This document shows, piece after piece, positions 1 through 13,963 of a stretch of DNA of 60,000 bases. The stretch is from Amphiscolops sp. MND2022 (taxonomy: Eukaryota), in NCBI GenBank assembly GCA_964187785.1, contig OZ076413.1:44208001-44268000 (forward strand), read 5' to 3'. Positions within the stretch are counted from its first letter, which is position 1. Each line of letters starts with the position of its first letter. A program made the position numbers and the translations under genes. Under the pieces are notes generated by a model. That model did no database searches. It saw nothing but the letters and a program-made list of their open reading frames with translations, and had not been told where the DNA came from.

Positions 1-1345
1 AATCGTCACTGAAAATCGTCACTCAAAACTGACACAGTTACTGTTTGCGTATAAAGACACAAATTACTGCGTGCAAAATAACGGTATGCAACTATTGGAG
101 ATTTCGGAACTTTTGACTTCCTTGTTCTCAAATCGATGAGTTTTATCCAACTTTCTTTCCCTAATAACGTTTTGAATAGCCTATTCTTTCAACGTTCAGG
201 TCAATGGAAGTTCTATTCTACAAAAATTTTCGTGAGATGAACAGAAACTGGTACTTAACTGTAGAAGAAAAACTTTTTTATCAGTATTTGGTTTTTGGAG
301 TGTTGTTGAGGCCAATTCAAACACTAACACATACTTATCTCTTTAGAAACCCCTACTGGATACAGGATTTAGTCATTGTTTTTTAACAACGTTCCGCTAC
401 AAATTTGCTCAGAAATTGCAGAAGAAGCTCTATGAAAACGTCGACAACTTGAAAATTTGAATATTTTTGAATATTTCGAATCCTTTTGAAGTAATTTTCT
501 ACCATTGGAACGGCAACTTTCTCTTGTGTAAGGGCGCTGCGAACCAAGTTATACATTCTGGATGTTTTTGAAGCTTTTTTCTCAACAACGTTTCATAATT
601 TCAAGCAAAAAAATCACGAAATGTATCAAAAACTGAAAATATTTCTTCAGTTTCGACTAAATTGGTGTCATCTCGAGACACGTTTTTTCCAAGACATTGT
701 AAATTGCTTCCACAAAGCCCACCCGTTTGTTCGTTGTTGAACGTTTTTAATGATCTATCACACCAAACCTCTGGAACCTTTTACAAAATCAGCAACATAA
801 AAACGTCAAAACCTACAATGTTTTGAATTCTCGACGGTAGTTTTGTTGTACCTTAACAACTACCAATTTTCCTATCAAAGGCGTAATTCCCGGCTAGTTG
901 TTTTGTCGGGAGCTTTTTAAACCTTCTAACTTCACGAAAAAGCTTTAAAAGTGTCAAATATGATCTCTTTGACTTTTGCGGTCAATTTGAGGGATTTTCT
1001 GACATACGACAGTTGATATCTCTCCAATAACACTTTTTGGATAGCAATTCCAACATTCAGAGCACAAATTGTTCGCAAAATTCACAAGCATTTCATGAAA
1101 AACGTTGAAAAAAGATTAGCATTTCTCGATATTTCGTCTCATTTGGAGACATTTTGAAAGGATTTTGAAACAATACTGCAGTTTTCCTTATAAAACGGCG
1201 TTCTTTATGTAAAGGTCTTTCGTTTTTGAACACTTTGGAGCTTCTAATTCATGAAATCTCTCGGAAATTGTTCACAAATTACATGAAAAACCACAAAAAA
1301 ATATCGTGCAAATTTGGTCATTCTGGGGTATTTTCCTGGGGCTAA
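1..1345. repeat. Degenerate ~150-190-bp AT-rich subrepeats resembling the interior of the long HINE-like family
   Basis: Recurring 'catgaaaacgt..aaaa ... ggtcattttgag'-type motifs near 430, 620, 795, 1090 and 1280, similar to the subrepeats at 21880-22330. No termini seen. Confidence 0.45.
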
Positions 1346-1437
1346 AACTCTTGTTTATATTCGGAACTGAAGCAAATTATTGGCCGCATAAGGTTATGGA
1401 GTTCTCCAAAAAGATTTGACAGTAAGACTGTCAAACA

Positions 1438-2015
<578 letters not shown>

Positions 2016-5000
2016 CCAAGAAAACTTTTAGATTTTAACCAAATGAGAACGCGAAGTTCAAATGCTTTGTGATCAAATTGTTAATATAAACAAGAATATA
2101 CATTTTCAAGCGTAATTTGATCAGAACTCAATTTCGTATAATCAAAAGCAAAGTTGTTTTGAAATCGTGCTTTTCCGTTAAATGGATTTGATCAAAGTAA
2201 ATTATATTTGAAAGACAAACAACAGAATAGTGAAGAAAATGAATTTTTAATCAATAACTTTTTAATTTACTGTTTAATCGCACATGGGTTCCTTCGCCAA
2301 GCATTTAAATAAATAGCAGATGGTATGATTAAACAAATTGGCACATATATCTACTGTAATGGTGACGCTAGACCTTCAATGATTCTTTTTATAGTGTTTT
2401 ATCGATACTGTCAAAGATTTCGGCTATTTAGATGTTGGTGCATGAGTAAATTCCTCGAATCTTTGACATATTCTTCCTCCGTAACTTATGAGGCCATCAA
2501 TTTGCTCAAGTTTCTAATATAAACAAGAATTTTAGAAGAACCTAATTCATTTGGTATAAAGCCTGGACTTCATGTCTCACGATTGATTCTAGAAATTTGT
2601 CATCAAAAAACTGTCATTTGGAATGTTTTTGGTTCAAAATTTGTACCGCTGAGGTCTGAACAATATAAAGAACTATGAAAAAAATCGGGAGCACTTTTCG
2701 AAAAGCACCTCAAAACTGGTGAAAGTAACCAAACCTCTTCACTTTGTTTATAACGGGGCTCAACCCTCAGAGGGGCGATTTGTACTGTGTTTAAACAAAC
2801 AGATTAGCCAGATGGCAAGCTGGTTCAAAAGCAACGCATTCTGGTGTAATAAACTCCAATATTTGAGTGACTGACAGATTTTTTCCTTGGTTGGAGAAAT
2901 AACGGAAAAGACAGTCTTGCAGAAGTATTTAGCGCTCATTTTGGGTTCCTGTTTGAATTAACCCAAACGACTCCTCTGTCTGAGTATTTTCACTCCTATC
3001 CATTACATTTTTACGACTACATTGTTGAAAAAATTGCATATTTCGTTACATAACTTGGTGTTATTTTTTCAGGGAGAACAAAGTAAAATTTACTCTAGAA
3101 CATCTAACCATGTTTTGGCATTACTTTCAAGTAAACAACTTCTGTCGATCTTATGTAGGCTGAAGGTAAAACCTTGGAAAAGTAATTAAAGACTCTACTT
3201 GGGCGACATTTTGCATTTCTTTGGAAAATATAAAAAAGGGATATTCAAAATGTCAAATGGTTATCTGGTAAGGAAAGAGGCAAAAACGGAAAAGAAGGAT
3301 TTCTTTTGCCATCAAAGGATTTACAAAAGCAGTAAGTTGTTCAATCTTGTAAAACGGTTTTTGAAACAAAACAACAACGTCAAATTGTCAACGGTGTACC
3401 ATTCAATTGCATTTACACAAAAGAATTTTGGAGCTAGACACAGAGGAAGCTAGCGGATGAAGACTAATTCGTCTCTAATAATGAGCGGCGGAGACTTGCT
3501 CAAAAACGATTGTGCCGGCCCATCAAAACGAAATCTTTTCATAAACTAATTCCTTTGACGGAACGCCGCACTTGCGTCGCGACTCGAAGCGTTGGTACCT
3601 TGGCTCCTTGTTTCACAAAAAGCGCATTTACTTTATTAAGAAAATTCACTTTTAGAGACTTGGTGCTTTTCTTCATTTTTTTCGACGTTGCGTGAAAAAG
3701 GTCAACTTTTGAATCGAAGGTCTAAAGAAATTTTGGGGCTTTCGATGAAAGGTCACAAAATTGTTGACTTTAATCAATTATAGAAAAATATGCACCCAAA
3801 TAACTGGAATGACAAATCCTTATTTGTAAAATTTGTAGGAAAAAAATGATTTGAAGTTGAAGCTGTTAAAATTGGTCTGAAATATGGTGAAAATTTTACT
3901 TTTTTTTCGATTTGTTTCACAAAATTTACCGGGCTGATACTTTCGTCACAAAGTCTTTCAGCTTCGAAAATCAAATTCAATGAAAAAATTGTTCCAACCT
4001 CGGAACCAAGTGAACGGACAGTTTTGGTAATCTTATTACTCAGCAACAAATTAGCAGTTTGTGCCTTATTGAAATTCAAAACACGAGATAGCTCATTTGG
4101 ACACTCAACTCTGTCGATCTTTTGAACTATTTGATTAGTTATTTAGCTTGCTCCTTCGTTTTTTTTCTCCATTTTTTGGTCACGTACTTACCACGACATA
4201 TGGTATAACATTATACTGTCCGCTTTAATGTTCAAAGCCGAATGCGTGTAGGTAACAATAATGACTAATGTGTAACTAAATTAGTTAGGGTCAAAATTGA
4301 TCCTGGACGTGATTTAGGTAGCTGGACACTAGATATTCCATTTCAGATCGATCAAACTTACCAGCGTGAGACCTGGACCAAACGAACCAACGCATTTGAG
4401 AAAGAGACATAGTAAACAAGGAAAAGACAGAAGACATGGTAAGAATAATATATCAAAAGACAAACAACTATCAATAATAAATGAAGATGAATGGAGAGAG
4501 GAAAGAGATGAAAGACCGTGGATCTGACCAATTCAGCATGACATCACAGTTATTAGAGCACCTTTGCTCGACATGGGATTGCATTTTTAGGGGGAAATCC
4601 TCACTCGAGAGACCGCCGGAAGTTCTGCTTTTTTGGCACCAATCTGACTGAACTTGTAGCTAGTTCCCATTTCTTATATACACACCAACTTTTGCTCTGT
4701 GTTTTTACACCAACGCAAGCTTTGTATGTTGGTCATAGGTTAATAGGTTTACACAGAAGTCTATGTTGTATTTTTAGCAAGACTCCAAGCGTAATTATTC
4801 ATAACACTTCAGTAAATGATATCCTTTGTTTTCGGTTTTCAAGAGTTCAGATGCTGAATTGAACTTTATCAGGAAGTGAGAAAACTTTTAAACAGTTGAT
4901 GCTTTGAAAAGTATCAAAATTTTAAAAATTCTCAAAAGTGGTGTGAACTGATAAAAACTTTTGAAAGTTGTGATGACGTCATGGTCAGTATTAAAAATAA

Positions 5001-5079
5001 GACAGACAGTGACAGAAAAGCAGTTTAAGAGATGCAATAGGGAACCAAAAAGACCCACACCTTGTCACGACTTTTTTGT

Positions 5080-5440
5080 AACAAATCGCCCGCTAAGCAC
5101 AGGGATATTTTCCGCCTTCTTCGCCTTCACCAACTGAGCCATAACTATTTTGGGAAGGGGAATAGGGTTTAAAGTATAAGATCTAAAATTTAGTTATTTT
5201 AGATCTTATTCCCTTTAGATCTTATTCCCATTTTTACTTTAGATATTATCCCCCACTCTAAACTGTTTTAGTTACTTGACTATTTTAGTTACTAGTAACT
5301 AAAATAGTCAAGTAGCCAAATAAAATAGTCAAGTAGTTAAGTCCAATGAGGACCTCGGAGGAGAGATTTGGCAGAATTTGGAAAAAAAAACGCAACACAG
5401 ATCATAATTTTCACCCCCATTATATGTGGGCAGAAAATAA
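5080..5440 (-). mobile_element. Short DINE-1/HINE-like non-autonomous element (first unit of the tandem array)
   Basis: Starts AACAAATCGCCCGCTAAGCACAGGGATATTTTCCGCC and ends TTTTCACCCCCATTATATGTGGGCAGAAAATAA. Has internal TTTAGATCTTATTCCC repeats and is colinear with the solo copy at 15833-16179. Confidence 0.7.
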
Positions 5441-8400
5441 TGAAAACAAACTTTCGTAGAAATTCATGGCACAGTGTTTCAATGCTCTGTGTTTTTGAGT
5501 TCTACTTTCGTTTTTCGTTAGTAGTCCTGTTTTTGTGGAGGTGGGGGGTTGTGCTTCACTTGGGTATGATGGTGGCACCTGTAGTTTACAAGATTCGACC
5601 TTATTTTGAAAATATTGATTTCAGATCTCAATCCACCAGAATACAGTGATTTACTAATACTGATCGATTTATTCTAAACATGATTGATCTGACCTGTTCT
5701 GGTAAAGCATGGTATTGCTTGATGTCGAACAATTAACGTTCCACATTACCCGAAAGAAATGTTTTACGTTCTATGAGAGAATTTTTTTGCACCTGCTCGT
5801 TATCAACCCTGTCGACTGTATTTCAGTAGGCCAGCAAAAGCAAGTGAAACTCAGTTTTTCTGAGGTCCTGATCTGCATTTTGAAGGATCATCATTGAAGC
5901 AATTCTATGTTAATATGCATACTAAATGCCTTTATGTAGCTTTTAATAGATACTTTCAAGTCTCAAGCTTTTATCGGTCGAATTCCGATCCAGTAATAGT
6001 CAGACTAGCTCCAAGATGAAACAATCCAGTCCTCGCCAATCCTATATAAATTTGGGCTGCCTTTGAGGTCAGATTTTGACCAGGTCGGGAATCTAAAACA
6101 GTATGATCATTCAAATTTTGTCATAAAAATAATTCGACACCAAAATTAATTCAAAGCTACTAAAAATTTCATTTCTTCATATTAACTCAATTAAATCTTC
6201 CAAATTTTAGTGATTTTAGATCTTATTCCCTTTAGATATTAGTCCCGTCCTGAAATTTTAGATCTTATACCCTTTAGATCATATTCCCATTTTTATTTTA
6301 GATATTATCCTCCATTCTAAGCTGTTTTAGTTACTTGACTAATATAGTTACTAGTAACTAAAATAGTCAAGTAGCCAAATAAAATAGTCAAGTAGTTAAG
6401 TCGAATGAGGACCTCGGAGGAGAGATTTGGCAGAATTTGGAAAAACAACGCAACACAGATCATAATTTTCACCCCCATTATATGTGGGCAGAAAATAATG
6501 AAAACAAACTTTCGTAGAAATTCATGGCACAGTGTTTCAATGCTCTGTGTTTTTGAGTTCTACTTTCGTTTTTTGTTAGTAGTCCTGTTTTTGTGGAGGT
6601 GGGGGGTTGTGCTTCACTTGGGTATGATGGTGGCACCTGTAGTTTACAAGATTCGACCTTATTTTGAAAATATTGATTTCAGATCTCAATCCACCAGAAT
6701 ACAGTGATTTACTAATACTGATCGATTTATTCTAAACATGATTGATCTGACCTGTTCTGGTAAAGCATGGTATTGCTTGATGTCGAACAATTAACGTTCA
6801 CCAGTACCCGAAAGAAATGTTTTACGTTCTATGAGAGAATTTTTTTGCACCTGCTCGTTATCAACCCTGTCGACTGTATTTCAGTAGGCCAGCTAAAGCA
6901 AGTGAAACTCAGTTTTTCTGAGGTCCTGATATGCATTTTGAAGGATCATCATCGAAGCAATTCTATGTTAATATGCATACTAAATGCCTTTATGTAGCTT
7001 TTAATAGATACTTTCAAGTCTCAAGCTTTTATCGGTCGAATTCCGATCCAGTAATAGTCAGACTAGCTCCAAGATGAAACAATCCAGTCCTCGCCAATCC
7101 TGTATAATTTTGGGCTGCCTTTGAGGTCAGATTTTGACCAGGTCGGGAATCTAATACAGTATGATCATTCAAATTATGTCATAAAAATAATTCGACACCT
7201 CAATTAATTCAAAGCTACTAAAAATTTCATTTCTTCTTATTAACTCAATTAAATCTTCCAAATTTTAGTGATTTTAGATCTTATTCCCTTTAGATATTAG
7301 TCCCGTCCTGAAATTTTAGATCTTATACCCTTTAGATCATATTCCCATTTTTACTTTAGATATTATCCTCCATTCTAAGCTGTTTTAGTTACTTGACTAA
7401 TATAGTTACTAGTAACTAAAAAAGTTAAGTAGCTATATAAAATAGTCAAGTAGTTAAGTCGAATGAGGACCCCGGAGGAGAGATTTGGCAGAATTTGGGA
7501 AAAAAACGCATCACAGATCATGATTTTCCTCCCCTATTCTATGTGGGCGGAAATTAATGAAAACAAACTTTCGTAGAAATTCATGGCACAGTGTTTCAAT
7601 GCTCTGTGTTTTTGAGTTCTATTTTCGTTTTTCGTTAGTAGTCCTGTTCTTGTGCAGGTGGGGGGGTTGTGCTTCACTTGGGTATGATGGTGGCACCTGT
7701 CGTTTACAAGATTCGACCTTAATTTGAAAATAATGATTTCAGATCTCAATCCACCAGAATACAGTGATTTACTAAGACTGATCGATTTATTCTAAACATG
7801 ATTGATCTGACCTGTTCTGGTAAAGCATGGTATTGCTTGATGTCGAACAATTAACGTTCAACAGTACCCGAAAGAAATGTTTTACGTTCTATAAATTTTT
7901 TTTGCACCTGCTCGTTATCAATCCTGCCGACTGTATTTCAGTAGACCAGCTAAAGCAAGTGAAACTCAGTTTTTCTGAGGTCCTGATCTGCATTTTGAAG
8001 GATCATCATCGAAGCAATTCTATGTTAATATGCATACTAAATGCCTTTATGTAGCTTTTAATAGATACTTTCAAGTCTCAAGCTTTTATCGGTCGAATTC
8101 CGATCCAGTAATAGTCAGACTAGCTCCAAGATGAAACAATCCAGTCCTCGCCAATCCTGTATAATTTTGGGCTGCCTTTGAGGTCAGATTTTGACCAGGT
8201 CGGGAATCTAAAACAGTATGATCATTCAAATTTTGTCATAAAAATAATTCGACACCTCAATTAATTCAAAGCTACTAAAAATTTCATTTCTTCTTATTAA
8301 CTCAATTAAATCTTCCAAATTTTAGTGATTTTAGATCTTATTCCCTTTAGATATTAGTCCCGTCCTGAAATTTTAGATCTTATACCCTTTAGATCATATT

Positions 8401-11400
8401 CCCATTTTTACTTTAGATATTATCCTCCATTCTAAGCTGTTTTAGTTACTTGACTTATATAGTTACTAGTAACTAAAAAAGTCAAGTAGCCAAATAAAAT
8501 AGTCACGTAGTTAAGTCCAATGAGGACCTCGGAGGAGAGATTTGGCAGAATTTGGAAAAAAACGCAACACAGATCATAATTTTCACCCCCATTATATGTG
8601 GGCAGAAAATAATGAAAACAAACTTTCGTAGAAATTCATGGCACAGTGTTTCAATGCTCTATGTTTTTGAGTTCTACTTTCGTTTTTTGTTAGTAGTCCT
8701 GTTTTTGTGGAGGTGGGGGGTTGTGCTTCACTTGGGTATGATGGTGGCACCTGTAGTTTACAAGATTCGACCTTATTTTGAAAATATTGATTTCAGATCT
8801 CAATCCACCAGAATACAGTGATTTACTAATACTGATCGATTTATTCTAAACATGATTGATCTGACCTGTTCTGGTAAAGCATGGTATTGCTTGATGTCGA
8901 ACAATTAACGTTCACCAGTACCCGAAAGAAATGTTTTACGTTCTATGAGAGAATTTTTTTGCACCTGCTCGTTATCAACCCTGTCGACTGTATTTCAGTA
9001 GGCAGGCTAAAGCAAGTGAAACTCAGTTTTTCTGAGGTCCTGATATGCATTTTGAAGGATCATCATCGAAGCAATTCTATGTTAATATGCATACTAAATG
9101 CCTTTATGTAGCTTTTAATAGATACTTTCAAGTCTCAAGCTTTTATCGGTCGAATTCCGATCCAGTAATAGTCAGACTAGCTCCAAGATGGAGCAATCCA
9201 GTCCTCGCCAATCCTATATAATTTTGGGCTGCCCTTGAGGTCAGATTTTGACCAAGTTGGGAATCTAAAACAGTATGATCATTCAATATTTGTCAAAAAT
9301 ATAATTCGACACCTCAATTAATTCAAAGCTACTAAAAATTTCATTTCTTCTTATTAACTCAATTAAATCTTCCAAATTTTAGTGATTTTAGATCTTATTC
9401 CCTTTAGATATTAGTCCCGTCCTGAAATTTTAGATCTTATACCCTTTAGATCATATTCCCATTTTTATTTTAGATATTATCCTCCATTCTAAGCTGTTTT
9501 AGTTACTTGACTAATACAGTTACTAGTAACTAAAATAGTTTTGTAGCTATATAAAATAGTCAAGTAGTTAAGTCGAATGACGACCCCGGAGAAGAGGTTT
9601 GGCTGAATTTGGAAAAAAAGCAACACAGATCATGATTTTCCTCCCCTATTCTATGTGGGCGGAAATTAATGAAAACAAACTTTCGTAGAAATTCATGGCA
9701 CAGTGTTTCAATGCTCTGTGTTTTTAAGTTCTACTTTCGTTTTTTGTTAGTAGTCCTCTTCTTGTGGAGGTGGGGGGTCGTGCTTCACTTGGGTATGATG
9801 GTGGCACCTGTCGTTCACAAGATTCGACCTTATTTTGAAAATATTGACTTCAGATCTCAATCCACCAGAATACAGTAATTTACTAATACTGATCGATTTA
9901 TTCTAAACATGATTGATCTGACCTGTTCTGGTAAAGCATGGTATTGCTTGATGTCGAACAATTAAAGTTCAACAGTACCCGAAAGAAATGTTTTACGTTC
10001 TATAAATTTTTTTTGCACCTGCTCGTTATCAATCCTGCCGACTGTATTTCAGTAGACCAGCTAAAGCAAGCGAAACTCAGTTTTTCTGAGGTCCTGATCT
10101 GCATTTTGAAGGATCATCATCGAAGCAATTCTATGTTAATATGCATACTAAATGCCTTTATGTAGCTTTTAATAGATACTTTCAAGTCTCAAGCTTTTAT
10201 CGGTCGAATTCCGATCCAGTATTAGTCAGGCTAGCTCCAAGATGGAGCAATCCAGTCCTCGCCAATCCTATATAATTTTGGGCTGCCCTTGAGGTCAGAT
10301 TCTGACCAAGTCGGGAATCTAAAACAGTATGATCATTCAAATTTTGTCAAAAATATATTCGACACCTCAATTAATTCAAAGCTACTAAAAATTTAATTTC
10401 TTCTTATTAACTCAAATAAATCCTCCAAAGTTTAGTGATTTTAGATCTTATTCCCTTTAGATATTAGTCCCGTCCTGAAATTTTAGATCTTATACCCTTT
10501 AGATCATATTCCCATTTTTACTTTAGATATTATCCTCCATTCTAAGCTGTTTTAGTTACTTGACTAATATAATTACTAGTAACTAAAATAGTTTTGTAGC
10601 TATATAAAATAGTCAAGTAGTTAAGTCGAATGACGACCCCGGAGGAGAGGTTTGGCAGAATTTGGAAAAAAAGCAACACAGATCATGATTTTCCTCCCCT
10701 ATTCTATGTGGGCGGAAATTAATGAAAACAAACTTTCGTAGAAATTCATGGCACAGTGTTTCAATGCTCTGTGTTTTTAAGTTCTACTTTCGTTTTTCGT
10801 TAGTTGTCCTCTTCTTGTGGAGGTGGGGGGGGGTCGTGCTTCACTTGGGTATGATGGTGGCACCTGTCGTTCACAAGATTCGACCTTATTTTGAAAATAT
10901 TGATTTCAGATCTCAATCCACCAGAATACAGTAATTTACTAATACTGATCGATTTATTCTAAACATGATTGATCTGACCTGTTCTGGTAAAGCATGGTAT
11001 TGCTTGATGTCGAACAATTAACGTTCAACAGTACCCGAAAGAAATGTTTTACGTTCTATGAGAGAATTTTTTTGCACCTGCTCGTTAACAACCCTGTCGA
11101 CTGTATTTCAGTAGGCCAGCTAAAGCAAGTGAAACTCAGTTTTTCTGAGGTCCTGATCTGCATTTTGAAGGATCATCATCGAAGCAATTCTATGTTAATA
11201 TGCATACTAAATGCCTTTATGTAGCTTTTAATAGATACTTTCAAGTCTCAAGCTTTTATCGGTCGAATTCCGATCCAGTAATAGTCAGACTAGCTCCAAG
11301 ATGGAGCAATCCAGTCCTCGCCAATCCTATATAATTTTGGGCTGCCTTTGAGGTCAGATTTTGACCAGGTCGGGAATCTAAAACAGTATGATCATTCAAA

Positions 11401-12548
11401 TTTTGTCATAAATATAATTCGACACCTCAATTAATTCAAAGCTACTAAAAATTTCATTTCTTCTTATTAACTCAATTGAATCTTCCAAATTTTAGTGATT
11501 TTAGATCTTATTCCCTTTAGATATTAGTCCCGTCCTGAAATTTTAGATCTTATACCCTTTAGATCATAGTCCCATTTTTACTTTAGATATTATCCTCCAT
11601 TCTAAGCTGTTTTAGTTACTTGACTAATATAGTTACTAGTAACTAAAATAGTTTTGTAGCTATATAAAATAGTTAAGTAGTTAAGTCGAATGACGACCCC
11701 GGAGGAGAGGTTTGGCAGAATTTGGAAAAAAAACGCAACACAGATCATGATTTTCCTCCCCTATTCTATGTGGGCGGAAATTAATGAAAACAAACTTTCG
11801 TAGAAATTCATGGCACAGTGTTTCAATGCTCTGTGTTTTTGAGTTCTACTTTCGTTTTTTGTTAGTAGTCCTGTTTTTGTTGAGGTGGGGGTTGTGCTTC
11901 ACTTGGGTATGATGGTGGCACCTGTAGTTTACAAGATTCGACCTTAATTTGAAAATATTGATTTCAGATCTCAATCCACCAGAATACAGTGATTTACTAA
12001 TACTGATCGATTTATTCTAAACATGATTGATCTGACCTAGTCTGGTAAAGCATGGTATTGCTTGATGTCGAACAATTAACGTTCCACATTACCCGAAAGA
12101 AATGTTTTACGTTCTATGAGAGAATTTTTTTGCACATGCTCGTTATCAACCCTGTCGACTGTATTTCAGTAGGCCAGCAAAAGCAAGTGAAACTCAGTTT
12201 TTCTGAGGTCCTGATCTGCATTTTGAAGGATCATCATTGAAGCAATTCTATGTTAATATGCATACTAAATGCCTTTGTGTAGCTTTCAATAGATACTTTC
12301 AAGTCTCAATCTTTTATCGGTCGAATTCCGATCCAGTAATAGTCAGACTAGCTCCAAGATGGAGCAATCCAGTCCTCGCCAATCCTATATAATTTTGGGC
12401 TGCCCTTGAGGTCAGATTTTGACCAAGTCGGGAATCTAAAACAGTATGATCATTCAAATTTTGTCAAAAATATAATTCGACACCTCAATTAATTCAAAGC
12501 TACTAAAAATTTCATTTCTTCTTTTTAACTCAATTAAATCTTCCAAAT
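5185..12548. repeat. Tandem array of 7 near-identical ~1057-bp units (HINE end plus ~760 bp of flanking DNA)
   Basis: Marker ATGGTATTGCTTGATGTCGAAC at 5709, 6767, 7827, 8881, 9938, 10994 and 12052 (periods 1054-1060). Array ends at ...AAATCTTCCAAAT (12548). Confidence 0.97.
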
Positions 12549-13865
12549 CAACTCAAGGCTGATCAAGGGTGGCGCTGATCAGTATAAAATGCAGATAATA
12601 TTTTTGATCTTAAAATAGATTATCGACACTTTTTCCATTTAAAAATGGATTATTCGAATCGAATATGATCATATTCTTGAAAAGGTTATATCCATCTTAA
12701 TGGATAGATTATGAGATCTAAAATGGTCGAAAAGGTTTTTTGAAACGTACATATGCAGTGGTATGCATGCATTTTCCACTAACATTGACATGTCATAACT
12801 TTTAAAAATTTGACAAATAATGAAGAGAAGACTCATCACGGATTTATTCAAATTGCCATCCTCATTAGGCGAGTTAAACTGTTACTAAACTTCGTACATT
12901 AGAAATTCTGACAGCGAAACTTCCGACGAGAAAAATTACGATGACAACAATTATGGTTTCATGAAAGGTCAATTTCAAATATTTTGTGTTCTTTTTTCAC
13001 AACAAACCTTAGTTAAAATGTACAACACTTCAATATTCACATCCACATAATATGGCTTTGATGTTCCGAGATGGCCTGTGGTAGCATTTTGGACATGTTT
13101 GTCTAATGCATCGCACAGACTATTTTGTACCGCGAATTAATTCGAAATTGACAGCAGATCGAAATAACTCATGTTTATTTGTTTCCCAATTATCAGAACA
13201 CGGAAGTTTTCAGTTGCTCATTAAAACAGTGAGTTTGGACGTTTAGTGGAGTAAATTGCAAATGGTTACCAGTATGAAACAAAAACGAATGTATATTTGT
13301 TCTCCTTACGTGATCATGGAAAATCCCAAAGCTTTCTTTGCTTCTGAATGGAAGCGAGACTAATTCAAGTTAATCACTTTTTCTATTGTGCCCAAATAAA
13401 ATGCAACTAACTGAGAAGGCAATATTGCGACAATTTTTTGCGTTTCCCAAACAATCCATTCTACCCTCCCAAACTTGGGCTGCCGTCTCAATTTTATGTT
13501 TTCCATTATTTAATAACTTTCCTCAAGAAAAAGATAAAACTCTCATTCAAAAACTTTGTTAATTATTTCCCGGATGAATTCGCTGAAATCTCTCTATATT
13601 TTGTTACTTTATAATATGCATTGTTTCAGGCGACAGAAAAAGCTCATTAGTACAAATTGTGATTGGAACACTTTAAGCGCCAAGCATATAAATGAAGATG
13701 GCGTTATCGATTGGGTTGAAAAAAGTATATTTCGACGCTTTATACTGTTCATTTAAAAATTGCTTTAAAAGCGTGTAAAATTAGTTTTAAAAATTCAGCA
13801 GAATCATTTGCAGGCGATAATTTCATTTTTCCAGAAGGCATATACGCTTGAAGATTTCTCAGCAC

Positions 13866-13963
13866 TGATTTCTCCCTAAAGATTTTTCAGTACTGATAAA
13901 AAGTTGAAAACATATATATTTTCAACTTTTAATCAGTACAGAGAAATCTTTAGGGAGATTTCA
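13866..13963. repeat. ~95-bp imperfect inverted repeat (hairpin or mini-MITE)
   Basis: TCTCCCTAAAGATTTTTCAGTACTGATAAAAAGTTGAAAA (13871-13910) pairs with TTTTCAACTTTTAATCAGTACAGAGAAATCTTTAGGGAGA (13919-13958) around an 8-nt loop. Confidence 0.85.

Noticed and set aside
5368..12240. Repeated short ORFs (MKTNFRR..., MVLLDVEQ...) as a tandem gene family
   Set aside because: No recognisable domain, and frameshifts, stops and starts vary among units; explained by the tandem repeat.
5185..12548. CRISPR-like array
   Set aside because: Whole units are near-identical with no unique spacers, there are no cas genes, and the context is eukaryotic.
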